A stretch of DNA of 64,000 nucleotides from a virus (IMGVR_UViG_3300032224_001146:1-64000); one strand, 5' to 3'. Shown: positions 24,855 through 35,225, counted from the first letter of the stretch. The notes: generated from the letters alone by a model not told the origin. Numbers and translations: made by a program.

Positions 24855-25354
24855 TGTATGCACAAGTTATAGATGAAGAAATCGTTCAAGTTATTGATGA
24901 GCAATCATTAAGAGAGTTATATCCATCAACACATTTTCCATCACCAATCCTTCAGTCACATCTAGAAGGTTTTGATGATTGGTATGTCGTTCAAGATGAT
25001 CCAACAGTTCCAGAATTTGATAAGGCAACAAAAAAACTTTTGTTTACCCGTGAATGGAATGCGGGAGCAGTTGTTGGATCTTATAAAGTTTTAAATTTAA
25101 CAAATGATGAAAAAAAAGCGGCACAAGATGCTCAATGGGTAACTGTTAAGTATAATAGAAATAACATGCTTAAAGCTACAGATTATCTTATGCTTACAGA
25201 TGTTTATAAGAACTTTAATGCATCTGAAAAAACACAAATTGCAGATTTTAGACAAGCACTTAGAGATATTACAGAACAAGCAGATCCATTTAATATTGAG
25301 TATCCAACATTAGGAATTTCATCGGTTACATTACCAGACTTATTGAGGTCTTAA
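24854..25354 (+). CDS. tail fibre assembly chaperone-like protein
   Basis: RNNMLKATDY...FRQALRDITEQ..P motif. Confidence 0.75.
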   Translation: MYAQVIDEEIVQVIDEQSLRELYPSTHFPSPILQSHLEGFDDWYVVQDDPTVPEFDKATKKLLFTREWNAGAVVGSYKVLNLTNDEKKAAQDAQWVTVKYNRNNMLKATDYLMLTDVYKNFNASEKTQIADFRQALRDITEQADPFNIEYPTLGISSVTLPDLLRS

Positions 25355-26272
25355 ATGCCATTTCCACCAAATAGATATATGGCTTCTCCTCAAGCAAAAA
25401 CATTTTTGCTTAGAGAAATTATTACTACAGGCTATCTTTTATCTGGATATCAAAATTCAAGTGTATGGCGTAACGTAAATAGAATGCAACATTCTACAGA
25501 TACATCAACAAATCTTGGAGATTTACTTCCTTCAGGTGGAGCTTATTGCGGTGGAATTTGTGGATCAACATATGCATACCTTTTAAGAACTATGTCTTCT
25601 TTTTGTCCAACTAGCAATGGTGTTTCACAATTACAGATGGTTACAGAAACAGGATCTACAGGACCTACAATGCCATATACAGTTGCACAAACAGGACAAG
25701 GATGCCAGCAAGAAAAATTAAAGGCATGGGTTGTTCCAAATGGAAACAATGCCCTTATGCGTTTTGATTTTACAACTCAAGCATGGCTTTCATCAGTTGG
25801 ATTATCTTATGTTGGTTATGGCGGCGGAGGAAACTCTTCATTCTTTACAGAAACAAAGGGTTGGACATATGAAGATGGAAACGCTTCTATGAAAATGACA
25901 TTTGCAACAGAGACTCAGTCTTCTGCATCTCCAGCTGGAGCACACGATCAACAGCATGGTCAATCTTCAAAGCTTACATATGTATATGCAGGTAATGAAG
26001 GATCATATAATGGTGGTTATAACCTTCGCAGATGGAATGTTACAACAGAAACAAATGCTGGAAATATTACAAAGCCTTGTGGAAATACTGGAGAAGAAAA
26101 TTTTGATATGGGTCAAGATCATGGTTATATGATGGGCTCATATGATGGAGCACAGAACAATAGATCTTATAGATTAAATTACACCACAGATAGTGGTTTT
26201 GAGGGCGGAGCAACAATGCAGCCCAAGGGCGTAGGTGGCAGAAGTTCTGGCATCGCAGCGTGGAGAGCATAG
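25355..26272 (+). CDS. beta-propeller-like putative adhesin
   Basis: about six repeated GY..G.Y...R..[FY].T[DE]T blades. Confidence 0.6.
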   Translation: MPFPPNRYMASPQAKTFLLREIITTGYLLSGYQNSSVWRNVNRMQHSTDTSTNLGDLLPSGGAYCGGICGSTYAYLLRTMSSFCPTSNGVSQLQMVTETGSTGPTMPYTVAQTGQGCQQEKLKAWVVPNGNNALMRFDFTTQAWLSSVGLSYVGYGGGGNSSFFTETKGWTYEDGNASMKMTFATETQSSASPAGAHDQQHGQSSKLTYVYAGNEGSYNGGYNLRRWNVTTETNAGNITKPCGNTGEENFDMGQDHGYMMGSYDGAQNNRSYRLNYTTDSGFEGGATMQPKGVGGRSSGIAAWRA

Positions 26273-26284
26273 ATAGGAAAATAA

Positions 26285-27019
26285 ATGCGTTACATCAATG
26301 ACATTGAGTCTGATGTTTCCAATTATACAAAAGAACAAAAAGACATTCTTTTGTATTCCGTAAATAGAAACTGGGGAACCCCAGTATTTAAAATGGATAA
26401 TTTTATTGGAAATGCACAATACTCACCATTTGGTAAGCTAAGACAATTCATGCTGGAACTAAAAACCAGAGAAGATATGATCCTTAAAATGGAGCATGAA
26501 ATTGAAAAAACAAAACTTCAAATTGAATTGATTGAAGAATATAAGCAACAGGTATCTTCTCCAGCACAATTAAAGCTACATGATTTGGATATTAAAGAAA
26601 AATATAGAGAGCTGGATAATGTTAAAAATATTTTAACTATGTCTTATGAAGAACGTGACAAGTTTATGATGCTTATTACCAGATTTAATGAATCTGAAGA
26701 AGGTATGTTGCCAGATGGTAGAAGAGTCATTGATATTATTGGTAATTATGAAGAGGAAGAACGACTAGAAGCAGAACTTTGGATTACCCGCCTGGGACAA
26801 CAAGCAGCAAATGATCTTTTATTCTATGGTCATGTTGGCGTTGGAAATATGGAAGCAATTGGCCAGTTGCCAGAAAAAGATCAGATGAAAGCAATTGAAT
26901 GTGCGGTAGAAAAAACAATTACTACTGGACATAAATTAGAAATTGCACATAAGGTTGTTTCAGAAAAATTAGCTTTAGAAGCTACAGATTCTTCAGACTG
27001 GGAAGAACTAGAAGTATAA
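26285..27019 (+). CDS. coiled-coil hypothetical protein (possible fibre chaperone)
   Basis: ORF track; heptad-rich middle. Confidence 0.65.
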   Translation: MRYINDIESDVSNYTKEQKDILLYSVNRNWGTPVFKMDNFIGNAQYSPFGKLRQFMLELKTREDMILKMEHEIEKTKLQIELIEEYKQQVSSPAQLKLHDLDIKEKYRELDNVKNILTMSYEERDKFMMLITRFNESEEGMLPDGRRVIDIIGNYEEEERLEAELWITRLGQQAANDLLFYGHVGVGNMEAIGQLPEKDQMKAIECAVEKTITTGHKLEIAHKVVSEKLALEATDSSDWEELEV

Positions 27020-27579
27020 TGATTTATATAATTTATGATATTGAAAGCATAGGAAATCATCAAGGTTATATTGAAGAAATTGGTGGTTACTTGGGTCTTA
27101 GATTTGGTAGGTTTGACGAATCGCTTTTGCCATATATAAAAATGATTGATTGCCTAGTTGTTCCAGAAAAAGTTGCAATGGCATATAAATTTGCGGGAAA
27201 ACTAAAAGGAAGCATAAGCGTAAGAATAGGAACTACTCAGTACGATCAACTTGGAGAAGATGTCCTAGAAGTATATAAAGATAAATTTAAATATTATTTT
27301 ACAGAAGAAGACAAAGTAAATGCAGTACTTTGTGATAAAGCAGTTATGCATCACATGTTAAATAAATATTATTATAATAAAATATCTATATCTTTAACTA
27401 CTCTTAAAATATTTAGAGATGAAAACTGGCAATCAGAACATGTTCTTATTGAAAAGAAAAAACAAATAATGGGGGAAATAGATGCTTGCCAAACTATGGA
27501 AGATACGGTAAACTTATTACACAACCGTTTTGGCATCCAAAAAGATTATCTTTCTGGAGATTTTAAACTAGATTTGTAG
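27019..27579 (+). CDS. hypothetical protein (186 aa)
   Basis: ORF track; TAATG coupling. Confidence 0.65.
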   Translation: MIYIIYDIESIGNHQGYIEEIGGYLGLRFGRFDESLLPYIKMIDCLVVPEKVAMAYKFAGKLKGSISVRIGTTQYDQLGEDVLEVYKDKFKYYFTEEDKVNAVLCDKAVMHHMLNKYYYNKISISLTTLKIFRDENWQSEHVLIEKKKQIMGEIDACQTMEDTVNLLHNRFGIQKDYLSGDFKLDL

Positions 27580-27583
27580 GATA

Positions 27584-29227
27584 ATGTTTAGCGTTCCTCT
27601 TAACCCAAAGTTAAAAGAAAATCAATTAAACGAATTTATAGTATTCTTAAAAGAATACAAATCGTTTATTTATGATTTTTATTTTACCTGCAGAGTTGAA
27701 CCATTTACTCAAGATGCCATGGGAGATGTTTTTCAAGGCGGAAAAGAAGATCACGAGTACCTTGTCTCCCTTGCCCTTTATATTCAAAATGAAACTGGAG
27801 TAACTGCTTCAGCAGTATTTAATAATATTGAGGTAAGACCATCGCAGCAGAACCTTGATTTATTTATAGAGTCTTTTAGGCCAGTATATGAATCTGGAAT
27901 TAGATCAGCAACAATTCCCCACACACACTGGATGGCAACAGGACAAATCAAAAAAGCTTTTCCAGAGTTATTTGTAAAAAATACTATCCTTCGAAATGTA
28001 TCAGAACCAAGAGATATAGAAAAATTGGCAAAAGCTGGATTTGATTATATTAACCTTGACCGTGATCTTATGAGGGATCATGAAAAACTAAAAAGATTTA
28101 AAAAGGCTAAACAACAATTTGGAGTAAAGCTATCTTTGCTAGCAAATGAAAGTTGTTATGGCGGATGTATTATGATGGATGAACATTATCAGTTTAATAA
28201 TACCCGCACAGATGGGCCTCAATATTTTAATGATCCAATAAGCCGTGTATCTTGCCCAAAATGGGACCATGAGGATTTTGCGGTATCATTGAAAACAGCT
28301 AATTTTCCGCCCTGGCGTGAAGATTGGCAGGAGTTTATTGATGACCTTGGGATTGATGTTATTAAAATGCATGGGAGGGAGTCCCATACAAGGCTTAAAG
28401 AAACTATGGATATAATCAGGAGGTATGCCAATAATGAAGAAATTCTATTTGACAGCTTTAATGATTTTATTGAAGAAACTAATATGGTTGATAAGCCGAT
28501 TACCATCTGGCGTAATAAGATCAAGAATTGTAAATTTGATTGCTGGGATTGTGGCTATTGCGACAAAATAATGGCTGCTAAATATGGCAACCATATTAAT
28601 CCAAAAGTTGCTATGGTTGCACAAGAGTTGGTTAATTCTGTAAATGCACCAATTGAAATTAATATTCCTGGGTTAACATCAACTAGAGTTCAATCTTTAA
28701 TTAATGGATTAGCAAAAAATTCATCTAAATATTTAGAAATTGGTTCTTATCAAGGTGCTACAGCAGCTAGTGCTTTATTGGGAAATAATCTATCAGCGTA
28801 CTTTGTAGATACGTGGCAGGAAGCCCCACAAGCAGTTAGAGATGGTTGGGAGACACCAATCACTAATACACTAGAAGAATTTAAAAATAATATTAAGCCT
28901 TACACGGGTAATAATAAAATATTTATATCTAACTCTGATATGTTTAAAGTTAATGTTTCTAAGATTTCAGACGTTGATCTTTTCTTTTATGATGGCCCTC
29001 ATGATTTTGAGTCCACAAAAAATGCGGTCAAGTATTACTCACCTTCATTTGCTAATCAATCTATTTTAATATTTGATGATGCAAATTGGACGGAAGTTGT
29101 GCAGGGTGCCCATAAGGGAATAGTTGAATCTGGATTAACAATATTGTATAGTAAGAAGATATTAAATAGCTTAGAATCCGACACCGACTGGTGGAATGGA
29201 CTTTATATAGTAGTTGTGGAAAAGTAA
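27584..29227 (+). CDS. peptidase U32-family (Fe-S hydroxylase-like) domain fused to class I SAM methyltransferase (Methyltransf_24-like)
   Basis: INLDRDL, LLANESCYGGC, SC, IKMHGRE, CKFDCWDCGYC; then YLEIGSYQGAT, VDTW, FYDGPH, IFDDANW. Confidence 0.75.
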   Translation: MFSVPLNPKLKENQLNEFIVFLKEYKSFIYDFYFTCRVEPFTQDAMGDVFQGGKEDHEYLVSLALYIQNETGVTASAVFNNIEVRPSQQNLDLFIESFRPVYESGIRSATIPHTHWMATGQIKKAFPELFVKNTILRNVSEPRDIEKLAKAGFDYINLDRDLMRDHEKLKRFKKAKQQFGVKLSLLANESCYGGCIMMDEHYQFNNTRTDGPQYFNDPISRVSCPKWDHEDFAVSLKTANFPPWREDWQEFIDDLGIDVIKMHGRESHTRLKETMDIIRRYANNEEILFDSFNDFIEETNMVDKPITIWRNKIKNCKFDCWDCGYCDKIMAAKYGNHINPKVAMVAQELVNSVNAPIEINIPGLTSTRVQSLINGLAKNSSKYLEIGSYQGATAASALLGNNLSAYFVDTWQEAPQAVRDGWETPITNTLEEFKNNIKPYTGNNKIFISNSDMFKVNVSKISDVDLFFYDGPHDFESTKNAVKYYSPSFANQSILIFDDANWTEVVQGAHKGIVESGLTILYSKKILNSLESDTDWWNGLYIVVVEK

Positions 29228-29228
29228 T

Positions 29229-30143
29229 ATGCCAAGTTTATCTATTTTATTTCAAGAATGGTACTACATTCTTATGTTGGGAACCGTGCTGGTTCTTTCA
29301 TATTATGCTAAAAAATATGATGTGTTTCAACCTTTGTATTTATCAATTTCAAGAATATTTAAATCTAAAAGAGCGGTCATTGCAATAACTTCAGCAATTG
29401 CTGGGGTACTTCCAATTAATGGTCGTGTAGTTATTTCAGCGGGAGTTTTAAATACTGTAGCACCGCAAGATAAAGAAAAACGCAAGAAATATGCCGTAAT
29501 TGATTATTTGGCTACTCATCATTTTTATTTTTGGTCCCCATTAGAGCAAACGGTAATTATTCCAATGGCTGCACTTCATATTAGTTATTGGACATTCCTA
29601 GGACGTACCTGGGCTATTTTGGCTACAGCAATTACATGTGCCCTTTGGTATATTTTTGGAGTACTTAAAGAAGAAGACGTTGAAATAAATTTTAGGTCAG
29701 AACGCAAAAAGCACAATATGGATCCAGCAAAAGAATTTAGAAGCGGATTAAAAACAATGTTGTTTGTCACAGGCCTATTAATGATGGGTAATTTTGTTGG
29801 ATATCATCATGAGGCATTTCAACGTATGTTTGATAATGCTCAAAAAACTAGCTTGCTTATAGTGGTTTTAATAGCCTCATTTGCCATCAGTTGGCTTTTG
29901 GGAAGTAGCGAAAAGTTTTCAGGACTTATTGGAATATCTTCAGCAGCATTTGGCCTTCAATATCTTCCAATTCTTTTTGCAGTAAATTGGGCTGGATACT
30001 TTTTGTCCCCAATGCACAAATGTATGCTTCTGGGAAGACAGATTTTTGGGGCCTCATTCAAAGATTACTACAGGGTCTTGGTGGGAGTCGTATCAATGGT
30101 TATTTTGGTGGGTATAGTCCATACATATACTACAGGGCTTTAG
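29229..30143 (+). CDS. multi-pass membrane protein, DUF401/ion-transporter superfamily-like
   Basis: many hydrophobic segments; GVLPINGRV, HHFYFWSPLE, GYFLSPMHKC. Confidence 0.6.
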   Translation: MPSLSILFQEWYYILMLGTVLVLSYYAKKYDVFQPLYLSISRIFKSKRAVIAITSAIAGVLPINGRVVISAGVLNTVAPQDKEKRKKYAVIDYLATHHFYFWSPLEQTVIIPMAALHISYWTFLGRTWAILATAITCALWYIFGVLKEEDVEINFRSERKKHNMDPAKEFRSGLKTMLFVTGLLMMGNFVGYHHEAFQRMFDNAQKTSLLIVVLIASFAISWLLGSSEKFSGLIGISSAAFGLQYLPILFAVNWAGYFLSPMHKCMLLGRQIFGASFKDYYRVLVGVVSMVILVGIVHTYTTGL

Positions 30144-30246
30144 TAGGCTTCTTAAGACTTACTAAGGTATAATAAGAAGTATTGTAGGCTGGCGGGAACC
30201 TAAACAATAATTGGATTATGCTATAATTTAGTACAGGAGAAATATT

Positions 30247-30579
30247 ATGCCAAGTTATGACAGTTTATCAAGTCAAATCACTACCTTCAAGACTAAGGTA
30301 GATGCTCTTAGCAGCAGCACCCTCTCTGCTCAAGACCTAGTGTTTCTTGCAAAAGCAATTGAAGCAATGGGAAATCTTTTAGGGGTAAATGATATTGTAG
30401 CTGCTACTTCATCTAGCATCAATTCAATTCAATCTTCTGGATCAGGTCAGGTAACTTCAGTGCAAACAGCTGGTGCAACACAAATTGCAGCAGTAAATAC
30501 AGCTGGAACACAGAACATTGCTAGCCTTGCATCACAGATCAGCAACTACACTTTATACACAAATATGGGAGTAATTTAA
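30247..30579 (+). CDS. small virion protein, paralog of the 23794 N-terminus
   Basis: MPSYDSLSSQITTFKTKVDAL; own TGCTATAAT promoter and AGGAG RBS. Confidence 0.7.
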   Translation: MPSYDSLSSQITTFKTKVDALSSSTLSAQDLVFLAKAIEAMGNLLGVNDIVAATSSSINSIQSSGSGQVTSVQTAGATQIAAVNTAGTQNIASLASQISNYTLYTNMGVI

Positions 30580-30580
30580 T

Positions 30581-30898
30581 ATGGCAACAGTAAGCTTACC
30601 AGCACGTTTTGCTGCAGGAACAGCAACAACATCAGAAACAACAATTCTAACAGTTCCTGGCGGAGAGACAGATGTAGTTACTTCTGTTACCTTCGATAAT
30701 ATCACAGACGCAGCCAACCAAGTAACATTGAAGATGGCTGGAATTAACTTCTGCAAAAATCTTGATCTCGCACCAAGATCTTTGACAGTTCTAGACTTTA
30801 AGCAAGTATTAAATACAGCAGAGACAATTACAGTTACAGCATCAGTTAACTCTGGTGTTACATACTTTATCTCTGGCGTAAAGATCACAAACGTATAA
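30581..30898 (+). CDS. small virion protein, paralog of 34848..35210
   Basis: LPARF...QVLNTAETI...YFISGV vs LPSRF...QVTYPGETI...FILSGV. Confidence 0.7.
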   Translation: MATVSLPARFAAGTATTSETTILTVPGGETDVVTSVTFDNITDAANQVTLKMAGINFCKNLDLAPRSLTVLDFKQVLNTAETITVTASVNSGVTYFISGVKITNV

Positions 30899-30922
30899 TT
30901 AGAAATTAGAGGAGTTTAAACA

Positions 30923-31900
30923 ATGGCTGTAGCAAATTCAACTACACAAATTTTAGTGCCAGGTCTTGATAAATCAGTTCAAGATAACTTAAATGCAGCA
31001 TTAAATTCAAATACAACACTTGCTGGTGTACTTGCAGCAGCAGGAAACATTGCAATTAAAGTAGTCAAGCCTGTTACAGTCAAATTAGATTCTACTCAAT
31101 ATTGGACACGACCAGCAAATACAGTTTCGGCTATTGATGCTATTGTTGTTGGTGCTGGAGGTTCTGGCGGTTGTGGACACTCATCACATTATTCTGGCGG
31201 TGGCGGAGGTGGCGGTCAGGTAATTAGAAGAAATTTAGATATTTCTTCTGTTGCAGTAGGACAATCAATCCTTGTTACAATTGGTTCAGGAGGAGCTGCA
31301 GTTTCTGGTTCAAGTAATACAAATGGTAACAATGGTGGAAATACAACATTAACTTATGGTGCAACAACTATTACTGCTTACGGCGGTGGCGGTGGCGGAG
31401 CTTACGGTAACCATGCACCACAATCACCAGGTGGATCAACTGGCGGTGGAGGTTCAAGAACTCACCACGGTGCAGGCGGTGGCGGTGGCGGAGCTGGCGG
31501 TGCAGGCGGACAAGGCTGGGGACAAAATCAAGAACACTCTTGGAGAATGAGAGCAGGACATGCTTCACATACTCCTGCAACAGATGAAGGTTCATCAATG
31601 GGTGGAATGGGAATGGGTGGAGATTCATCTGGTTCACAATCTACAACTGGTGGACAAGGTGGAAGAGGACTTTACGGACTTGGCGGAGGTGGCGGTGGCG
31701 GAGGCCGTCATGCAATGGGTGGAGGTTCTAACGGTGGTGGAGCAGGTGGAGCAGGAAATGGTTCTCCTTATGGTTCAGCAGGACAACCTGGAATTGATGG
31801 TTCAGGTGGCGGAGGCGGAGGTGCTACAGATGGTAGCACTGGAGGTAAGGGCGGCAATGGAACTGTCGTTCTAACATATTGGTTAAAGGAGAGTGCATAA
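30923..31900 (+). CDS. glycine-rich adhesin-like protein, copy 1
   Basis: WTRP..VVGAGGSGG, poly-Gly runs, GGNGTVVLTYW. Confidence 0.8.
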   Translation: MAVANSTTQILVPGLDKSVQDNLNAALNSNTTLAGVLAAAGNIAIKVVKPVTVKLDSTQYWTRPANTVSAIDAIVVGAGGSGGCGHSSHYSGGGGGGGQVIRRNLDISSVAVGQSILVTIGSGGAAVSGSSNTNGNNGGNTTLTYGATTITAYGGGGGGAYGNHAPQSPGGSTGGGGSRTHHGAGGGGGGAGGAGGQGWGQNQEHSWRMRAGHASHTPATDEGSSMGGMGMGGDSSGSQSTTGGQGGRGLYGLGGGGGGGGRHAMGGGSNGGGAGGAGNGSPYGSAGQPGIDGSGGGGGGATDGSTGGKGGNGTVVLTYWLKESA

Positions 31901-32259
31901 TGTCGTACAGATCATTGGCTTTGGTTAATTCGGATAACATTGTTGAAAATGTATTGGTAATGCCTAGCGATGAAGCAGAATATAATGAATTGCTTCCTAA
32001 GTTAGAAAAAGATTTAGCACCACTTAAATTAATTGAGTGCACAGATTGGGAAGACCCAACTGGATTGCATTCACATGTTGGAGTTGGCTTTACATGGGAT
32101 GGATCAAAGTTTATTGGTATTCCAAAAGGTGTAGACACAATTACAGAAGAAGATTTAAAAAGAGCAGAAGAAATGCTTAAGAGAGATCAAGAGCTAGCTG
32201 CAGAAAGACTTGCACAAGGGTTAGATGCACCAGCAGTTGCACCAGGAGGAACAAACTAA
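31900..32259 (+). CDS. small partner/chaperone of Gly-rich protein
   Basis: ALVNSDNIVENVLV...GVGFTWDG..F motif typical downstream of Gly-rich fibres. Confidence 0.6.
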   Translation: MSYRSLALVNSDNIVENVLVMPSDEAEYNELLPKLEKDLAPLKLIECTDWEDPTGLHSHVGVGFTWDGSKFIGIPKGVDTITEEDLKRAEEMLKRDQELAAERLAQGLDAPAVAPGGTN

Positions 32260-32696
32260 TGCCAATTACATCCATACCACAAACAGTATCTCCAGCACTC
32301 TGGACATACACATATCTTCAAGCACCAATTAATGGTCAAGGATATACATATTTTAATATTCCTTCAGCAGTTGAAGCAAAAGGAAATATTGCTGCAAATG
32401 GTACAGCAACATGCGATATTTCAACTTACAACGTTTTTGCAATGACGGTTCTTGGAAATGCAACAATCGCATTTTCAAATATTCCTTCAACAGCTAAAGC
32501 AGCATTTTGGCAAGTTGAAATTAAGTCTGGTGGATCATATACAGTTACATGGCCATCAGCAGTTAAGTGGGATGGTGGTGGAGCTTCTAACGTAGCACCA
32601 CTTCTTTCTACAAATACAACAGTATTAAATTTTTACACTCGTGATGGCGGAACCACTATTTATGGTGCATACGCATTCGCAGACTTGAACGTATAG
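32259..32696 (+). CDS. small virion protein
   Basis: TVTWPSAVKWDGG..P.LS. Confidence 0.65.
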   Translation: MPITSIPQTVSPALWTYTYLQAPINGQGYTYFNIPSAVEAKGNIAANGTATCDISTYNVFAMTVLGNATIAFSNIPSTAKAAFWQVEIKSGGSYTVTWPSAVKWDGGGASNVAPLLSTNTTVLNFYTRDGGTTIYGAYAFADLNV

Positions 32697-32709
32697 GGAG
32701 AAACATTAA

Positions 32710-33702
32710 ATGGCAGTTAGCACAACTACAACACAATACGTACTACCAGGATTAGATACAACAATGCAAAATAACATGCAAGTTGCATTGAATTCTAATG
32801 CAACGTTGGCATCTGTTCTTGCAACAACAGGTGGTGTATCTGGAAAGGTGCTAAAGCCTATAACAGTAAAATACAATACTTCTTCTACTTGGACACGCCC
32901 AGCTAATACAATGTCTTCAATTGAAGTTATTCTTGTAGGTGGCGGAGGCGGTGGAGGTGGATGTCATTCATCTGGTCACGCAGGCGGTGGCGGAGGAGGC
33001 GGACAGGTAATTCGTCGTTTTATTGATATTTCTTCAGTTCCAGTTGGTCAATCAATTACAGTTAATATTGGAAATGGTGGAACAAACGTTTCTGGAAATA
33101 CAAATACAAATGGTGGAGACGGCGGAACTTCATCACTTGTTTATAACGCTGCAACATTAGTACAGGCTGGCGGAGGCGGTGGCGGTGGAGCTTATGGACA
33201 ACCTGGTCGTCAAGGTGTTGGTGGATCTTCTGGTGGCGGTGGAGGACAATCTTCACACTCAGGTGCTGGCGGTGGCGGAGGAGCAGGCGGAGCTGGAGAT
33301 CATGCTCGTTGCATGATGATTCACCACTCATGGTATACATATGGTGGACAAGGAACACACAATGTTTCAGGATTAAATGGCGGAGAAGGTGCATCAATGG
33401 GTGGTTCTGGAGAATATAAAGGTTCTTCATCAGATCAAAATTGCTGCGGTGGAAATGGCGGATCAGGTCTTTGGGGCTTCGGCGGTGGCGGAGGCGGTGG
33501 CGGAGACTGGGGAGTTGGTGTAGGTTCCAATGGTGGAGGTTCTGGTGGATCTAGAGTTTCATATTCAGTTTATGGAAGCTCAGGTTCAGCTGGAATTGAT
33601 GGTACTGGCGGAGGCGGCGGAGGCTGCGAAGAGGGTGCAACATCTGGAGTTGGTGGCAAGGGAACCTGTTTAATTACTTACTTCTTAAAAGAGTCGGTGT
33701 AA
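32710..33702 (+). CDS. glycine-rich adhesin-like protein, copy 2
   Basis: collinear with 30923..31900; ends ITYFLKES. Confidence 0.8.
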   Translation: MAVSTTTTQYVLPGLDTTMQNNMQVALNSNATLASVLATTGGVSGKVLKPITVKYNTSSTWTRPANTMSSIEVILVGGGGGGGGCHSSGHAGGGGGGGQVIRRFIDISSVPVGQSITVNIGNGGTNVSGNTNTNGGDGGTSSLVYNAATLVQAGGGGGGGAYGQPGRQGVGGSSGGGGGQSSHSGAGGGGGAGGAGDHARCMMIHHSWYTYGGQGTHNVSGLNGGEGASMGGSGEYKGSSSDQNCCGGNGGSGLWGFGGGGGGGGDWGVGVGSNGGGSGGSRVSYSVYGSSGSAGIDGTGGGGGGCEEGATSGVGGKGTCLITYFLKESV

Positions 33703-33703
33703 T

Positions 33704-34111
33704 ATGTACGCCGTAATAGAAGGCAATAATATTGTCGCATACGGCACAGTAGAACAAATTTTAAACGTTTCTATTGGTGAAGCTGGAATTACTAAAGATT
33801 TTGTCAAAAATAATAATCTTGTAGAAGTAATTACAAGAATTGAATGCGATTCAGATATAGAAAAATGTGTATCTGTTGATCCGTATATCAAAGATAAGAA
33901 AGTTTATTCAGTAAAAAAAGAAAAACTTTCTAAGGAAGAAATTAAAACAAACGTAGAAGCTCACGTAGACTTTGAACTTCTTTCAATGGAAGGCAGAAAA
34001 GACAAGGCTGCAAAAGATTATATTAAGGCCTTGCAGACTATTAAAGCTCAGGCAGAAACTTTCTCAAAGATTGATTGGCCAACCAAGCCAATGGAGGATA
34101 AAACAGAATAA
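33704..34111 (+). CDS. fibre chaperone-like protein
   Basis: ends YIKALQTI...IDWPTKP. Confidence 0.6.
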   Translation: MYAVIEGNNIVAYGTVEQILNVSIGEAGITKDFVKNNNLVEVITRIECDSDIEKCVSVDPYIKDKKVYSVKKEKLSKEEIKTNVEAHVDFELLSMEGRKDKAAKDYIKALQTIKAQAETFSKIDWPTKPMEDKTE

Positions 34112-34839
34112 TGTTAGGTAACCAGCGTTCAATTTTTAGAAGAAACCGTTTTACTCAAAAAGGTTTACAACTTTGGATAGATGCAGCTCTTCCAGGAACA
34201 ATTACAAAAGACGGTTCAAATAAAGTTTCTGTGTGGAAAGATAAAACAATTAATGCTAGAAATTTTACACAAGCAACTACAGCTCAGCAACCAACATTTC
34301 TTCCAACAGGTATTAATGGTTTAGGTGCAGTTTATTTTGACGGTGCAGCATTTAATATGCCGTTTTCAGATCAAACTCTTGCTTATATTTCAGGTTCATC
34401 ATTTACTATTGCTTATGTTGCTACAAAAACAGCAGGAACTTCAAATCAATATGTAATTGGCGGACAAGGAACAGGAACAAGAAATAACCTTATCCTTGGA
34501 TATGTATCTGCTAATACCTATAAATTTGGTCTTGCAAATGATGATATGAATGCTATTGTTAACGTAGTTAACGCAGGTGTTCCAGAACTTTATTTGGTTA
34601 CATTTGACGGAACAAACTTTGAAAGAAGAACTCGCAGAAATGCAGCAGATGAAGCACTTGGTGCAGCAAATGGATCACTTAGCGGAATGACTGGACAAGC
34701 ACTTGGAAAGTATCTTTCAGCTTATGGAAACTTTGCCCTAGGGGAACTTTTAATTTACAACAGAGTATTATCAGCATCTGAAATTTCAGGTGTAGAGCGT
34801 GACCTCATGTCTAAGTGGTCAATTGCATACGGTAGCTAG
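34111..34839 (+). CDS. ConA/LamG-like lectin-fold protein
   Basis: LQLWIDA, VSVWKDK, GINGLGAVYFDG, ELLIYNRVLS..E. Confidence 0.75.
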   Translation: MLGNQRSIFRRNRFTQKGLQLWIDAALPGTITKDGSNKVSVWKDKTINARNFTQATTAQQPTFLPTGINGLGAVYFDGAAFNMPFSDQTLAYISGSSFTIAYVATKTAGTSNQYVIGGQGTGTRNNLILGYVSANTYKFGLANDDMNAIVNVVNAGVPELYLVTFDGTNFERRTRRNAADEALGAANGSLSGMTGQALGKYLSAYGNFALGELLIYNRVLSASEISGVERDLMSKWSIAYGS

Positions 34840-34847
34840 GAGAAGCA

Positions 34848-35210
34848 GTGACTGTAACAACAGCAACAACTTATTTACCATCACGTTTTGGTAACCCTAC
34901 AACTTTAACAACAACACCAATTAACGTGTATACGTTTGACCAAGTTTCTATTTTGAAGCAGTTGCTAGTTGCAAATATTTTTAATGGTTTATTAACATTC
35001 TCACTCTATCTTGTCCCATCAGGAGAAGTTCTTCGTGAAAAATACAAGATTTTTGGTGATGTTCAGGTAGATGCAAATACAGTATTGACAATTGACTTAA
35101 CACAAGTTACGTATCCAGGTGAAACTATTTATGCTTCAGCTAACGTTGCAAATGGATTAAACTTTATTCTATCAGGAGTGGAAATCTACAACCCACCAGT
35201 AGTTGAATAG
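34848..35210 (+). CDS. small virion protein
   Basis: paralog of 30581..30898; AGGAG RBS, GTG start. Confidence 0.65.
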   Translation: MTVTTATTYLPSRFGNPTTLTTTPINVYTFDQVSILKQLLVANIFNGLLTFSLYLVPSGEVLREKYKIFGDVQVDANTVLTIDLTQVTYPGETIYASANVANGLNFILSGVEIYNPPVVE

Positions 35211-35225
35211 GAATAGGAATGCCAT

